Origin: Malacoraja senta
Lineage: Eukaryota
Reading direction: 5' to 3'
NCBI GenBank assembly: GCA_038087875.1
Contig: CM075990.1
Coordinates: 2,048,001 to 2,112,000, forward strand
Length of the DNA stretch: 64,000 bases
In this document: positions 26,375-39,960 of the stretch, in pieces
Layout of the letters: every line of letters starts with the position of its first letter
Position numbering within the stretch: position 1 is the first letter of the stretch
Program-made: the position numbers and the translations under genes
The notes under the pieces: generated by a model
Told to the model about the DNA's origin: nothing
Seen by the model: the letters and a program-made list of their open reading frames with translations, nothing else
Databases searched by the model: none

Positions 26375-26747
26375 CGGCTCCACCACTAATTTTCTGACAC
26401 CCTTGGTTCCAGAACGTTGCCGTGTGATCCGTTTTGCCGGTCCAACAGAGGTCATGGCCTTGGGGTGCCTAGATGCCGGCCTGTAAAGTCGGCTATGGGA
26501 GCGGATCTGCCGGCTCCAGCTGTACCGGAGTTTCAGAGCCCCGGCCACAGGGGGCAAAGTCCACCCGCCGATCGGCCGCGGAAGTCCCGATGAGATTGAG
26601 ATCGGCCTCACCCGGCCTGGGGGCCACATTTTCAAGGGGGGGTTCTGGGGGGTGGGGGGGGGGTGATTTCAAGTACGCGCTCGTAACTTTTTCAAGATTA
26701 AAGGAGGTGCCGGACCACCAGTTGCTGGATAATCGGTGATGGACATG
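26375..26747. mobile_element. Tc1/mariner (Tigger/pogo-like) MITE in a SINE tail
   Basis: Degenerate ~40-bp TIRs (left TCCACCACTAATTTTCTGACACCCTTGGTTCC, right GGACCACCAGTTGCTGGATAATCGGTGATGGA) interrupting the SINE motif AGAGATA|CAGCG at the TA. Confidence 0.6.
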
Positions 26748-27005
26748 CACAGCGTAGAAGCAGGCCCTTCAGCCCACTGAGTCTGCACCGACCAACAATC
26801 AACCCCACACTAGTTCTATCCGACACACTGGGGATTATTTACAGTAACCAACTCAATTACAGACCTACACGTCTTTGTAGTGTGGGAGGAAACCAGAGCG
26901 CCTGGAGAAAACCCACACGGGGAGAATGTACAAACTCTGTACAGACAGCACCCGTAGTCAGGATTGAAGCCGGGTCTCTGGCGCTGTGAGGCAGCAACTC
27001 TACCG

Positions 27006-27286
27006 CTGCTGTGGTTTGTCCCATGGACCGGTGCATAAATACAGACTGCCCTCCTCATGCTTCTTCCCCTGTTGTTGCTGAACCAAGGCCAGGTTTATAT
27101 AACACAGGGGCAGTCCAACACAAGCAGGGACAGGCACCCTCTGCAACGCTTGGCTTCAGTTTTCACATCTTGTCTTAATCTTGTTATTCCAGTCACAACT
27201 GTTGCATTCCGAGCCTTCCTCTATACTCTTGGCCCCGAATAAATTGCTTTGCCTTGACTTACAGCGCTTGCAGCACCGCAGACCCG
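27006..27286 (+). repeat. Copy 1 of a duplicated cassette (copy 2 at 58254-58529)
   Basis: Near-identical sequence in the same orientation; the ORF track gives LLLLNQGQVYITQGQSNTSRDRHPLQRL at both places. Confidence 0.95.
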
Positions 27287-29260
27287 AGTTTGACCCTGAC
27301 TACGAGCGCTGTCTGTACGGAGTTTGCACGTTCTCCCCGTGACCTGCGTGGGTTTTCTCCGAGATCTTCGGTTTCCTCTCACACTCCAAAGACGTACAGG
27401 TTTGTAGGTTAATTGGCTTGGTATAAGTGTAAATTGTCCCTAGTGTGTGTAGGATAGTGTTAATGTGCGGGGATCGCTGGTCGGTGTGGACTCTGTGTTT
27501 TTTCCCTGAATCTCTAAACTAAACTAAACTAAATTCATTCTAGTGAATTATTCCAGGGCTAAAAGATTAAACTGTGCAGAAAGGTTCAGCAGCTAATGCT
27601 GGCAAGCTGTGTGTAGAAGAGTAAGAGATGATCTAGAGACAGACACAAAATGCTGGGGTAACTCAGCGGGTCAGGCAGCATCACATAGAACCATAGAGTG
27701 ATACAGCATGGAAACAGGCCGCGGGACTTGCCCACACCGGCCAACATCCCCATCTGCACGTCCCACCTGCCTGCATTTGGCCCTTATCCATCAAAACCTG
27801 CCCTATCCATGTACCTATCTAAATGTTTGTTAAACATTATGATAGTACCAGCCTCAACTACCTCCTCCGGCAGCTCGTTCCATACACCCACCACACTTTG
27901 TGTAAAAAAAAAAATGACCCCTCAGGTTCCTATTAAATCATTCCTCCCTCAACCTTCTCGATTCCCCTACTCTGGGTAAAGACACTATGCGCATACCCAT
28001 CTATTCCTCCAGAGTTTCAATTTTGCCAAACTGACATGGATCAACTAATATGCTGCAATCTCTGCTAGGTCAGACACACTAAGATAACACAATTCATCTC
28101 CTGGATAACATTGACAAACCATAAAGTCCTAGATTGAAATAAAATGAACTGCAGATGCTGGTTTATACCAATTATAGGCACAAGGTGCTGGAGTAACACA
28201 GCGAGACATGCATAGAACATAGAAAAATAGGTGCAGAAGGAGGTCATTTGGCCCTTCGAGCCAGCACCGCCAATCAATATGATCATGGCTGATCATCTAA
28301 AATCAGTACCCTGTTCCTGCTTTTACCCCATATCCCTTGATTCCTTTACCCTAAGAGCTAAATCTAACTCTCTGTTGAAAACGTCTCTGGAGAACATGGA
28401 TACGTGACGTTTCAGATCTGAAGAAGGGTCTCGACCGAAACGTCACCTATCCACGTTCTCCAGAGATGGTGCCTGACCCGCTGCGTTACTCGCACTTTGT
28501 GTTTATCGAAACGTCACAGAGCTGTCGAGTCGCAGACCCAACGCCCATTCTGGGCTAGTCCCACTATGACCCCAAAATGGTATTTGATGATTGCGTAATG
28601 GAGGGAGAATTATAAATGATAATCCCATTCTGTGTTCAGTGTAACATATTTTGATTTAGATCCAGACAGTTAAAGTTACTTGAAAGTTAGAGGCAAGATA
28701 TTGAGATGTGAATCCAGTGAATGCCTCTTTATACATGGCAGGGTGTAAATGATATAAAATGAAGGCCCTTCACAACAAGAAGCCACGGAGTGTGAGAGGG
28801 ATTGTCAGTTTGTTGTTGGGTCACATCATTTAACAGTCAAGTGTTGAGTGTTTTACTGTCATATGTCCCAAAACCTAATTGAGACGTACAGAACAGTGAA
28901 AGGCTTGGATAGAGTGGATTTGAAGAGGATGTTTCCATTAGTGGGGGAGTCCAGAACGACAGGTCAGAGCCTCAGAATTAAAGGAGGTTCTTTTAGGAAG
29001 GAGATGAGGAGAAATTTCTTTATTCAGAGGGTGGTGAATTTGTGGAATTATTTGCCACAGAAGGCTGTGGAGGCCAAATTAGTGGATATTTTTAAGGCAG
29101 AGATAGATAGATTCTTGATTAGTGCGGGTGTCAGAGGTTATGGGGAGAAGGCAGGAAAATGGGGTTAGGAGGGAGAGATAGATCAGCCATGATTGAATGG
29201 CGTAGACTTGATTGGCCGAATGGCCTCATTCCGCTCCTGTCACCTATGACCTTATGACCT

Positions 29261-29813
29261 CGGAGCGTGGGGAGCGGTGGTGGCTCGTTGCTGCTCACAT
29301 CGGAGCTCGGAGGCTCCAGCTGCAGACCGGTGGACTGGGACATCAGGAGCTCGCGGGTCCGGGTGAGAGACCGCTTTCCGGAGCTCCCGCAACGCAACTT
29401 CTCTAGCTCCTGTCGCGGGGTTGGAACGACCCGGAGCGGGGCCGTACATCACCCGGCGCGGCTTTAATGGCCGCGGGACATTCCAGCGCCCGCCGGGGGC
29501 ACCAACTTTGTGACTTTTGGACTGGAGCGGGGCCGTACATCGCCCGGCGCGGCCTCAACGGCCGTGGGACTCACCATCGCCCGCCTGGGGCTTCGACATT
29601 GGGAGAGAAATGGTGCAGGGGAGAGAAAAGACTTTGCCTTCCATCACAGTGAGGAGGAGATTCACTGTGATGGATGTTTTTCTGTAAATTGAATTGGTTG
29701 TGTGTCTTGTAGGATTTGTTTTGTTTGTATGACTGTGGAAACGGAGTTTCGTTTGAGCCTCTCTGAGGTTCAAATGACAAGTAATAAAATCTAATCTAAT
29801 CTAATCTAATCTA
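29261..29813 (+). mobile_element. GC-rich non-autonomous retroelement, 5'-truncated
   Basis: TSD ATGACCT (29254-29260, 29814-29820), hairpin CCATCACAGTGA..TCACTGTGATGG, AATAAA plus (CTAAT)n tail; homologous to 54007-54506. Confidence 0.8.
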
Positions 29814-30074
29814 ATGACCTAAAAGGGAACAATGACATTTTTACTTGCAGCAGCACAACAGATACCTAAACATAGTACTCTGTAAAACCAGTAATAAACT
29901 GGAGGTTGTCGTGTTTAATAGCCTGATGGCTGTGGGGAAGGAGCTGTTCCTGAACCTGGACGTTACAGTTTTCAGGCTCCTGTACCTTCTTCCCGATGAC
30001 AGGAATGAAATGAGAGCGTGGCCAGGGTGGTGTGGGTCTCTGATGATGCTGGCTGCATTTTGAGTGATGTTGGG

Positions 30075-30650
30075 AGGTCATGCTGCAATTGTATAAGACG
30101 TTGTTGAGGCTGCGTTTGGAGTTTTGTGTTCAGTTCTGGGGACCATGTTATAGGAAAGATATTGTAACGTTGGAAAGGATACAGAGAAGATTTACGAGGA
30201 TGTTGCCAGGGCTCGATGGTCTCAGCTATAGGGAGAGGTTGAGTAGGCTGGGACTCTATTCCTTGGAGTGAGGAGGATGAGGGGTGATCTTATAGAGGTG
30301 TATAAAATCATGAGAGGAATAGATCGGGCAGATGCACAGAGTCTCTTGCCCAGAGTTGGGGAATCGAGAACCAGAGGACATGGGTTTAAGGTGAAAGGGG
30401 AAAGATTTATTAGGAATCTGAGGGATAGTGTTTTCACACTAAGGGTGGTGGGTGTATGGACTGGGCTGCCAGAGGAGGTAGATGAGGCAGGGACTATTGC
30501 AGCGTTTAAGAAAAAGTGAGACGGGTATATGGATAGGATGGGCTCAGAGGGATATGGGCCAAACGCAGGCAGATGGGATTAGTGTGGATGGGGTATGCTG
30601 CTCGGTGTGGACAAGTTGGGCCGAAGGGCCTGTTTCCCGCCCTATGACTC
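30075..30650 (+). mobile_element. CR1 LINE 3' fragment
   Basis: LQLYKTLLR..LERIQRRFTRMLPG; RGDLIEVYKIMRGIDR..SRTRGHGFKV. Confidence 0.88.
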
Positions 30651-32144
30651 TTATAGATCCCTTCGAAGCTGGGGAGTTCAGTACCCATGATGGACCGAGT
30701 AGACTTGATGGGCCGAATGGCCTAATTCTACTCCTATTCCTTATGACCTTATGGCTGGGCAGTGCTCACCACTGTTTGCAATGGTCATTGTTCCTGTGCA
30801 TTCTATCTGTGAAATCTCAGGGGGTGGGGGGAAGGGGGAGGGGCTGAATTGGGGGGGTGGGGGGAGGGGTGATGAGGGGGGGGGGGAAAGAGGGGGGGGG
30901 AAGAGGGGGGGGAAGAGGCTTGATGTAGTTTATCCTCAAGCTGACCAAATGGCTCAAGGGGCAGAATGTTTTTGTTCAGTTCGAACATTCTTCAGAGTTT
31001 AGCTTGGATCATCGAAGAAAAATTCTTGCGCTGAAAAACAGTCGGGGAAAGTTGAACAAGATTGAACTTCCAGAACGTTCTTGCTCAGCAGGTGTGTGCT
31101 TTGAATTGAGGTTAGCGCCATCAACCCTCGTTTGCCCGGTATTCAGACACGCGGGCCTTTCATGCCACTGGCAACAAGTTGTTTTATTGTGAAAATGAGC
31201 TGCAATGAATTGTTCTTGAACATAAGCAGCAAAAGACATCTTTAGCTTCGTTACGTTTGTACACAAGCATGGTTGCAGGATGATTAGTAGCCAGATCCCA
31301 TTTGAAGATGTAACATTTCATGGGGCGGTGAGTAAAGACTAAATCATTTGATTTATTTTTGCAGCAGTTTACATGAATATTGTTTAGCATTTGCCAGTGC
31401 AGAACGCTTGCTGAAAAGGGTGAGGAGATGACACACATTTCAGCAAATGTCTTCAGCAAAAAACAAGGTGCTGGAGGAACTTAGCGGGTCAGTCCGTCTG
31501 AGAGAGAGGGGCTCTCTGAGAGATAGGGGCCGTCGGAGAGCTGTTGAAGAGGAGGGAGGGCTTCTGAGAACGGGGGGTCCCGGCAAGGGGGGGGGGGGTG
31601 AGGGTTCTGCTGCCACATGTGTCAACAGGCACTAGATGGCACTGAAGATGAACACAAAAAGCTGGAGGAACTCAGCGGCTCAGGCAGCATCTGTGGAGGG
31701 AATAGAGGAATGGACAGGCAACGTTTCAGGTGTGAAGAAGGGTCCCGACTCAAAACATCGCCTGCCCAGATGCTGCACGACCTGCTGAGTTCCTCCAGCA
31801 CTTTGTGTTCTAGTTTAAATCCTTGTTCCGTAGTCATTCTCCTTCACTGGGGAAATAAGACATCACTGCTCATCCTAGATAGACACAGAATGCTGGAGTA
31901 ACTCAGCGGGGGGACAGGCAGCATCTCTGGAGAGAGGGAACGGGCGACGTTTCGGGTCGAGACCCTTCTTCGATTGTTCGGTGAACGTTAGTAACTTTGT
32001 CGACGTCAGTAACCTGGCGACACTAATGTACAGCCTCGATGAGGTCTGCTGTGTGAATTTACCAGGTTGTACGGAAAAGCAAAGCACATCACTGTAACTA
32101 GGTACACGTGACAATAAATATCATTGAAACAATGAATTGCGTAA

Positions 32145-32579
32145 GCGAGTTCGGTATTCCGAAAAACGCAAGGAATTATGGGATTTGTCACAGGTCACTC
32201 GCGATAAACACGATTGGCAAGCCTGTGGCCGCATGCATGCGGACCTGCAGCTCATCCGCAGCCAGGATCGAACCCGGGTCTCCCTGGACAGACGGGATTG
32301 GCAGCCCAGGCTTACAGCCAGCGTGGAGAAGCAGCGCTAACTCCACTGCTCCGGGCTGGTGTCCGGTCAGTCCAGGGCTGTAGGTTAACCCGGCGGGACA
32401 GGCAGAGTTGAGCTGGAGTTAGCGCTTCTTCTCCGCGCTGGCTGGAAGCCTGGGCCGCCACTCCCGTCTGACTCCCGACGTCTCCGGCCGCATGTGTGCA
32501 TGCGGTGGCACTGTTGCGGTGAGCGTTTATCGCGAGTGACCTATGACCTGGGCATGCGCAGTCGGAATACCGAACTCGC
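32145..32579. mobile_element. Foldback / long-palindrome MITE-like element
   Basis: Perfect 18-bp TIR GCGAGTTCGGTATTCCGA / TCGGAATACCGAACTCGC, plus further nested inverted blocks over most of the length. Confidence 0.8.
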
Positions 32580-34859
32580 ATATTGTATCATCTGTGGATG
32601 GAAATGGACAGGCAACATTACGGATCGGAAACCCTAAAGGTTTTTTCCTACTATATCAGTGCAATAATGTGTGTCTGGAGATATTCTCCTGCAATCACCA
32701 TCTCCATTCCCCATGGATGCTGACTGGTGCAGAGGGTACTGTATGTTGTCAATGGTCAACAGTATTTAATTGTCCCATGCACCGAGGTTCAGTGAAAAGC
32801 TTTGCTCTGCACACAATCCAGTAAGCAACTTGGACTTAGAAAATCTGGCGACTCTTGTATACTGTTTTCAGTTTTAGTTTTAGTTTAGTGTAGAGATACA
32901 CCGTGGAAACAGGCCCTTCAGCCCATCGAGTCCGTGCCGACCGGCAATCACCCTTTACACTTGCACTATCCGACACACACACTGGGGACGATTTACAATA
33001 TTTACCGAAGCCAATTAACCTACAAACCTGCACGTCTTTGGAGTGTGGGAGGAAACTGGAGCCCGGAGAAAACCCACGTGGTCACAGGGAGAACGTAAAA
33101 CTCCGTACAGACAGCACCCGTTGTCAGGATTGAACCCGGGTCTCCAGTGCTGTGAGGCAGCAACTCTACGCCATCCTCCTGCGATTGTTTAAGTGGACGA
33201 CCTCTATACACTTCGAGCTAGTGCTCTCGGAGATCTCAGACCAGAGGGCGCAGCCTCAGAATAAAAGGACGTACATTTAGAAAGATGAGGAGGAATTTCT
33301 TTAGTCAGAGGGTGGTGAACCTGTCGAATTAATTGCTACAGATGGCTGTGGAGGCCACATCAATGTATAATTTTAATAGACAATAGACAATAGGTGCAGG
33401 AGTAGGCCATTCGGCCCTTTGAGCCAGCACCGCCATTCACTGTGATCATGGCTGATCATTCACATTCAGAACCCCTTTCCTGCCTTCTCACAAGTCCTGA
33501 CTCCACTATCTTTAAGAGCTCTATCTAACTCTCTTGAAAGCATCCAGAGAATTGGCCTCAACTGCCTTCTAAGGCAGAGAATTCCACAGATTCACAACTC
33601 TCTGGGTGAAAAAGTTTTTCCTCATCTCCGTTCTAAATGTTCTACCCCTTATTCTTAAACTGTGGCCCCTGGTTCTGGACTCCCTCAACATCGGGAACAT
33701 GTTTCCTGCCTCTAGTGTGTCCAATCCCTTAATAATCTTACATGTTTCAATAAGATTCCCTCTCATCCTTCTAAATTCCAGAGTATTATGGTGGAGATTG
33801 TTAGGCACTTGATTAGTATGGTGTCAGGGGTTATGGGGAGAAGGCAGGAGAATGGGGTTGAGAGGTGAAGATAGACCAGCCGTGATTGAATGGCGGAGTA
33901 GACTTGATGGGCTGAATGGCCTAATTCTGCTCCTAGAACATATGAACATGAGATCAACAAGAGCTGCGTAGGTGAACACTGGCCAGAACAATATCCCCAC
34001 TCTTCTTTAAAGTGGTAGTGTTGCTACTTTACAGCGCCAGGGATCCGGGTTCGATCCTGTCTGCACGGAGTTTTACGTTCTCCCCGTGACCGCGTGGGTT
34101 TTCTCCAGGTGCTCCGGTTTCAGCGCACATCCCAAAGACGCACAGGCTTGTTGGTTAATTGGCTTTGGTAAAATAATAATTCATAACAAGCCCCCTGATC
34201 AGCAGAAATAAGCAGAGGCCAGCACCCCTCCTCTAAATTAATATCGCTTGATATAGTAAATAATGTTGCAGGGCTGAAAAGGCCTAGGATTCAAGAATCA
34301 ACATGGTGGGAGAATACTGTCCATAAACTCAGGAAGTTACAGGTCATTTGCAACCAAAGAATGGTTAAAGTAAACTTGCTGTTGTAAATGTGTGAGACTC
34401 TGTGCACAGTGCAATCATGCAAGCAACAATGTGATGACCCCTCCCCATTCTCCCCCAAGACCCCCCCCCCCCCATACACCACTCATCCCCTTCCCCACCT
34501 TCCTCCCCTGAACACTGGCTGACCTTACTCCGGTCCCCCCCTCCCCCTCCGCCTCCCCCAACCTCCCCCACCCTCACCCTCCCCCTCCCCCCCACCACCC
34601 CCCTCCCCCTCCCCCTCCCCCTCCATCTGCACCATTTCCAATGGCTACACAATTTGCAACTTTTCTATCCCCCAACGTAATTATTCGTCACTCTTTATCC
34701 TTTCCAGGCTCACCCCTGTTTCTTCCGCCTGGCCTTTGTCCGACAATCTGCCCATCTAATAACCCCCTCGCCAGCCTTCCCCTATTACCGGCCATGCTCT
34801 CTCCTGCCCCTCCTCTTTTCCAGATTTCTTTGCCCCTCGACCCCCCTCCGGTAATCAGT

Positions 34860-35595
34860 CTGAAGAAGGGTCCTGACCTGAAACGTCACCTATCCATGTT
34901 CTCCACAGATGCTGCCTGACCCGCTGAGTTAAGGGCCTGTCCCACTTGGGCGTCATTTGCAGTTCATTTACACTACATCATTTACGCGTGCATTACGAGT
35001 ACATGGCGAATGGTGAGGCGTGGTGGCGTAAGTAGTGACGCGCGGTCGCGCACCAGGATTTTAGGATTCACAAAATCTTCACGCGCCACCTGCGTGACGC
35101 GCAAATGACGCCCAAGTGGGACAGGCCCTTTACTCCAGCACTCTGTGAAACGTCACCTACCCATGTTCTCCACAGATGCTGCCTGACCCGCTGAGTTACT
35201 CCAGCACTCTGTGAAACGTCACCTATCCATGTTCTCCACAGATGCTGCCTGACCCGCTGAGTTACTCTGGCACAGTTGTACTTCTGTGCTTTGTAAGCTA
35301 TACGGAACCACACTATAAATGATAAGGTAGACCAAAATGCTGGAGAAACTCAGCGGGTGCGGCAGCATCTATGGAGCGAAGGAAATAGGCAACGTTTCGG
35401 CCCGAAACCCTTCCGGGTTTCGGCCCGAAACGTTGCCTATTTCCTTCAGGGTTTTGGCCCGAAAGGTTGCCCATTTCCTTCGCTCCACAGATGCTGCCTG
35501 ACCCGCTGAGTTACTCCAGCACTCTGTGAAACGTCACCTACCCAAGTTCTCCACAGATGCTGCCTGACCCGCTGAGTTACTCCAGCACTCTGTAT
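34860..35595 (+). repeat. Tandem 66-bp units of the Penelope-derived terminal repeat
   Basis: Unit GAAACGTCACCTA(C/T)CCATGTTCTCCACAGATGCTGCCTGACCCGCTGAGTTACTCCAGCACTCTGT at 34880, 35147, 35213 and 35528. Confidence 0.9.
34932..35129. mobile_element. PIF/Harbinger-type MITE
   Basis: Perfect 29-bp TIR AGGGCCTGTCCCACTTGGGCGTCATTTGC; TTA TSD splitting the host motif GCTGAG-TTA-CTCCAGCA. Confidence 0.92.
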
Positions 35596-37009
35596 CGTTA
35601 TTACTCACATAAAGCAACGTGATTTCCGTGTGCCGTTGGATTTAGTGCACTGTTCATCACCCTTTGCAACCCGTTGCTGATGAAGGGCGTGTACCTTCAG
35701 GGAGTAATCTCAACATCTGTGGCCATCCAGTGCTTCGTGCCTATCGTTGGCAAAAAACAACATCTGCAGCTCTTTGTTTCGACAGAGAATCTTGCAAATT
35801 GCAAAATATAACAAAGGCCGGGCACAGTGGCGCAGTGACAGAGTTGCTGCCTTACACCGCTTTCAGTCCTAGAGACGCGGGTTCGATCCCGACTACGGGT
35901 GCTGTACGGTCTGTATAGAGTTTGTACGTTCTCCCTGTGACCTGCGTGGGTTTTCTCCGAGATCTTCCGTTTCCTCCCACACTCCAACAATGTACAGGTT
36001 TGTAGGTTAATTGGCTTGGTATGAATGTAAATTGCCCCTATTGTGTGTAGGATAATGTTAATGTGAGAGGTTTGCTGGTCAGTGCGGACTCAGTGGGCCG
36101 AAGGGCCTGTGTCCGCTCTGTCTCTAAACGAAACTAATTTGATTGAATTTTTTGGGGAGATTTTAGTTATTCATTTGAGTTTAGAGATACAGCATGGAAA
36201 CAGGCCCTTCGGCCCACTGAGCCCACACCCACCATCAATCGCCCACTAGTTCTGTTATCCCACTTTTACATCCACTCCCGACACACTAGGGGCAATTTAC
36301 AGAGGGCCAATTAACCTACAATCCCACACGTCTTTGGGATGTGGGAGGAAACCAGAGCGCCCGGAGAAAACCCAGGACAATGTTAGTGTGCGGGGATCGC
36401 TGGTTGGCGCGGACTCGGTGGGCCTGCTGTGCGCTGTATCTCTAAACTAAACCAAAGTAAATTGCTTTGTAATTGACAGTGTGCTGGGAGGTGGTTGGGT
36501 GAAGAGTTCAGGAATATTTTGAGCCTGTGCAAGATTGATGGTGAATAATTCCTGTTGACAACAGGAAGGAAGATGGTGCAGCAAAGGCTCAACTATTCCA
36601 ACAACGTGACCTTGACCCGAAGCATCTCATGCTTTCCTGTGGAGAGACCACCACCCAGAATCAGTAGGACCTCTTGCTCCAGAGATAGGTCTTCACTTAA
36701 TCTAAGGGAAACAACCTAATGGAAAGCAGCCATTGCTTAGGTCACCCACCAGGAATGAGCATGTCTGAACTATTCCTCCCAACAGTAAAACAAACTTAAC
36801 CACACAGATTGAGATCTAAAGAGTTTGCTGACTCCCCTCAACCTCTCCCCAAGGAAGATAAACACCAATGAGTTTAGTTTAGAGATACAGCATGGAAACA
36901 GGCCCTTCGGCCCACATTCCATGTAGCTCATTCCATATACCTACCATCATTTGTGTCAAGATGTTGCCCCTCGGGTTCCTATTAAATCTTGTTCCCCTCA
37001 CGTTAAAGG

Positions 37010-37312
37010 TCGGCACGGTGGCGCAGCGGTAGAGTTGCTGCCTTACAGCGCTGGAGACCCGAGTTCAATCCCGACTACGGGTGCTGTCTGTGCGGAGTTT
37101 GTACGTTCTCCCCGTGACCGCATGGGTTTTTTCCGAGATTCTCGGTTTCCTCCCACACTCCAAAGATGTACAGGTTTGTAGGTTAATTGGCTTGGTATAA
37201 GTTTAATTTGTCCCTAGTGTGTGTAGGATAGTGTTAGGGTGCGGGGATCGCTGGTCGGTACGAACCCGGTGGGCTGAAGGGCCTTGTTTCTCTAAAACTA
37301 AAACTAAACCTA
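37010..37312 (+). mobile_element. HE1-like V-SINE, full length
   Basis: CGGCACGGTGGCGCAGCGGTAGAG head, GTTCAATCC B-box, V-domain, (CTAAA)n tail. Confidence 0.87.
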
Positions 37313-39789
37313 AAACCTACAGTACGTCTGGTTCTTGATTCCCCCTACTCTTAGTCAAAGACTGTGCATTCACCCCATTTATTCCTCCCATGGTCTTCTA
37401 CACCTCTATAAGATCAGCCCTCATCCTCCTGCGCTCCAAGGAATAAAGTCCTAGTCTGGACCTGCTCTATTTGGTCTTGCCCTTGCTCTTAGGCAATCAT
37501 TCAGCATCAAGTATAACGTACCTCCATTCTGGTTTACTGGAGGTGGCAAATGAGACCAAATTGGGAACTGCAGATGGTGGTTGAATACAATAAGCTGGAT
37601 CAGACACAATTAGCTGAAGTAACTTTGTGAGGGCGGTTGACTTTAAGAAGTGTTTACGTCAGTCACTGCTGATAGATTGCACTGTGCTTGGGTACACGTG
37701 GTTTCAAACTTTCGTACCGTCTGTCTGACCGGAGAGGGCAGGAGAGAAGAGGAGGGATAGATCACCGCAAGATGATATATTTAGGGTGGCGCAGCGGTAG
37801 AGTTGCTGCCTCGCAGCGCCAGACGCCCGGGTTCCATCATGACCTTGGGTGCTGTCAGTGTGGAGTTCACATTCTTCCAGTGACCACGTGGGTTTTCTCC
37901 GGGTGCTCCAGTTTCCTCCCACATCCCAAAGACGTGCGGGTTTGTAAGTTAATGGCTCCTGTGCATTGCCCCATGTGTGTAGGGAGTGGATGGGAAAGTG
38001 GGATAACATAGAACTAGTGTGAATGGGTGATTTAGTTTAGTTTAGAGATACAGCGTGGAAACAGGCCCTTTGGCCCACCGAGTCCGTGCCGACCAGCGAT
38101 CCCCGCACATTAAAACTATCCCACACACACTAGAGACAATTTACAGAAGCCAATTAACTGACAAGCCTGCGCGTCTTTGGAATGTGGGAGGAAACCGATC
38201 ATCTCGGTGAAAACCCACGTAGATCACGGGGAGAACGTACAAACTCCGTACAGATACAGACAGCATCCGTAGTCAGGATCGAACCCAGGAATTGGGTCTC
38301 TGTAAGGCAGCAACTCTGCCACTGCGCCACTGGTTGGTATGAGATTGGTGGGCCGAAGGGCCTGTTTCCGCGCTGTATCTCTAAACTAAACTATGATATA
38401 GGTTGGTGACTGCGGCCACTTTAAGAATGAAAGCTGTGATTGCGGTTGTGTGTTTCACCACAGTGAAGGAAGATAACAGCCGGTCTGATGATTGCTAGGG
38501 TTAGTTTATTGACGAGAGCAGTCTAATCAATACCAGATCTGTGGTTGAGATTTCCTTATCCCAGTGGTTCTTCCAACATAGAAACATAGAAATATAGAAA
38601 ATAGGTGCAGGAGGAGGCCATTCGGCCCTTCGAGCCAGCACCGCCATTCATTGTGATCATGGCTGATCGTCCCCTATCAATAACCCGTGCCAGCCTTCTC
38701 CCCATATCTCTTGACTCCACTATCCCCTAGAGCTCTATCTAACACTCTCTTAAATCCATCCAGTGACTTGGCCTCCACTGCCCTCTGTGGCAGGGAATTC
38801 CATAAATTCACAACTCTCTGGGTGAAAAAGGTTTTTCTCACCTCAGTCTTAAATGACCTCCCCTTTATTGGTTCTGGCCCCTGGTTCTGGACTCGCCCAA
38901 CATTGGGAACATTCTAGTTTAGTTTAGTTAGCTGAGAGATACAGTATGGAAACAGACCCTTCGGCCCATCGACTCCGCGCTAACCAGCGATAGTACACTA
39001 ATACTATCCTACACACTATGGACAATTTACAGGAGCCAATTAACCTACAAACCTGTACATCTTTGGGATGTGGGAGGAATTCGGAGCACCCGGTGAAAAC
39101 CCACGCGGTCACAGGGAAAGCGTGCAAGCTTGTATGGTCATGTATTGTCTTTCCGCAGACTGTTTAGCACTGTGCCTCCGTACAGGTAACAATAAGCTGA
39201 ACTAAATTCCAAGCAGACATGCAGTGGTTTTCACACAGATTCCAAACAGGCCCTTTGGCCCATTGAGTCCAGGCCGCCCAGCTATCACCCGTAAACTAGT
39301 TCAATCCCACACACTGGGGACAATTTTATAATTTTATCAACGTTAATTAACCTCCAAACCTGTGCGTCTCTGGAGTGTGGGAGGAAACCGGAGCACCCGG
39401 AGAAAGCTCGCACAGTCACAGGGAGAACGTACAAACTCCGTGCAGATAATAGACAATAGATAATAGGTGCAGGAGTAGGCCATTTGGCCCTTCGAGCCAG
39501 CACCGCCATTCAATGTGATCATGGCTGATCATCCCCAATCAGTACCCCGTTCCTGCCTTCTCCCCATATCCCCTGACTCCGCTATTTTTAAGAGCCCTAT
39601 CTATCTCTCTCTTAAAAGCATCCAGAGAACCTGCCTCCACCGCCCTCTGAGGCAGAGAATTCCACAGACTCACCATTCTCTGTGAGAAAAAGTGTTTCCT
39701 CGTCTCCGTTCTAAATGGCTTACTCCTTATTCTTAAACTGTGGCCCCTGGTTCTGGACTCCCCAACATCGGGAACATGTTTCCTGCCTC

Positions 39790-39960
39790 TACAATACAAT
39801 ACAATACGGTTTTATTCGTCACATTGCACATAAAGTGCAAGTGAAATGAATTTGCCAGCAGCGGTACAATGAGAAAGAACACACAATACACAATTAAAAT
39901 GTAACACAAACATCCACCACAGCATTCATCACTGTGGTGGAAGGCACAAAAATTGGCCAG
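39790..39960 (-). mobile_element. Short 3' end of a non-autonomous retroelement nested in CR1
   Basis: Minus strand reads TGCCTTCCACCACAGTGA..CTGTGGTGGATGTTT..TGACGAATAAA..(TATTG)n, the same 3' architecture as 29261-29813. Confidence 0.7.

Noticed and set aside
26540..26558. CTCF-like site GGCCACAGGGGGCA
   Set aside because: One base short of consensus spacing, giving several mismatches, and it lies inside a MITE.
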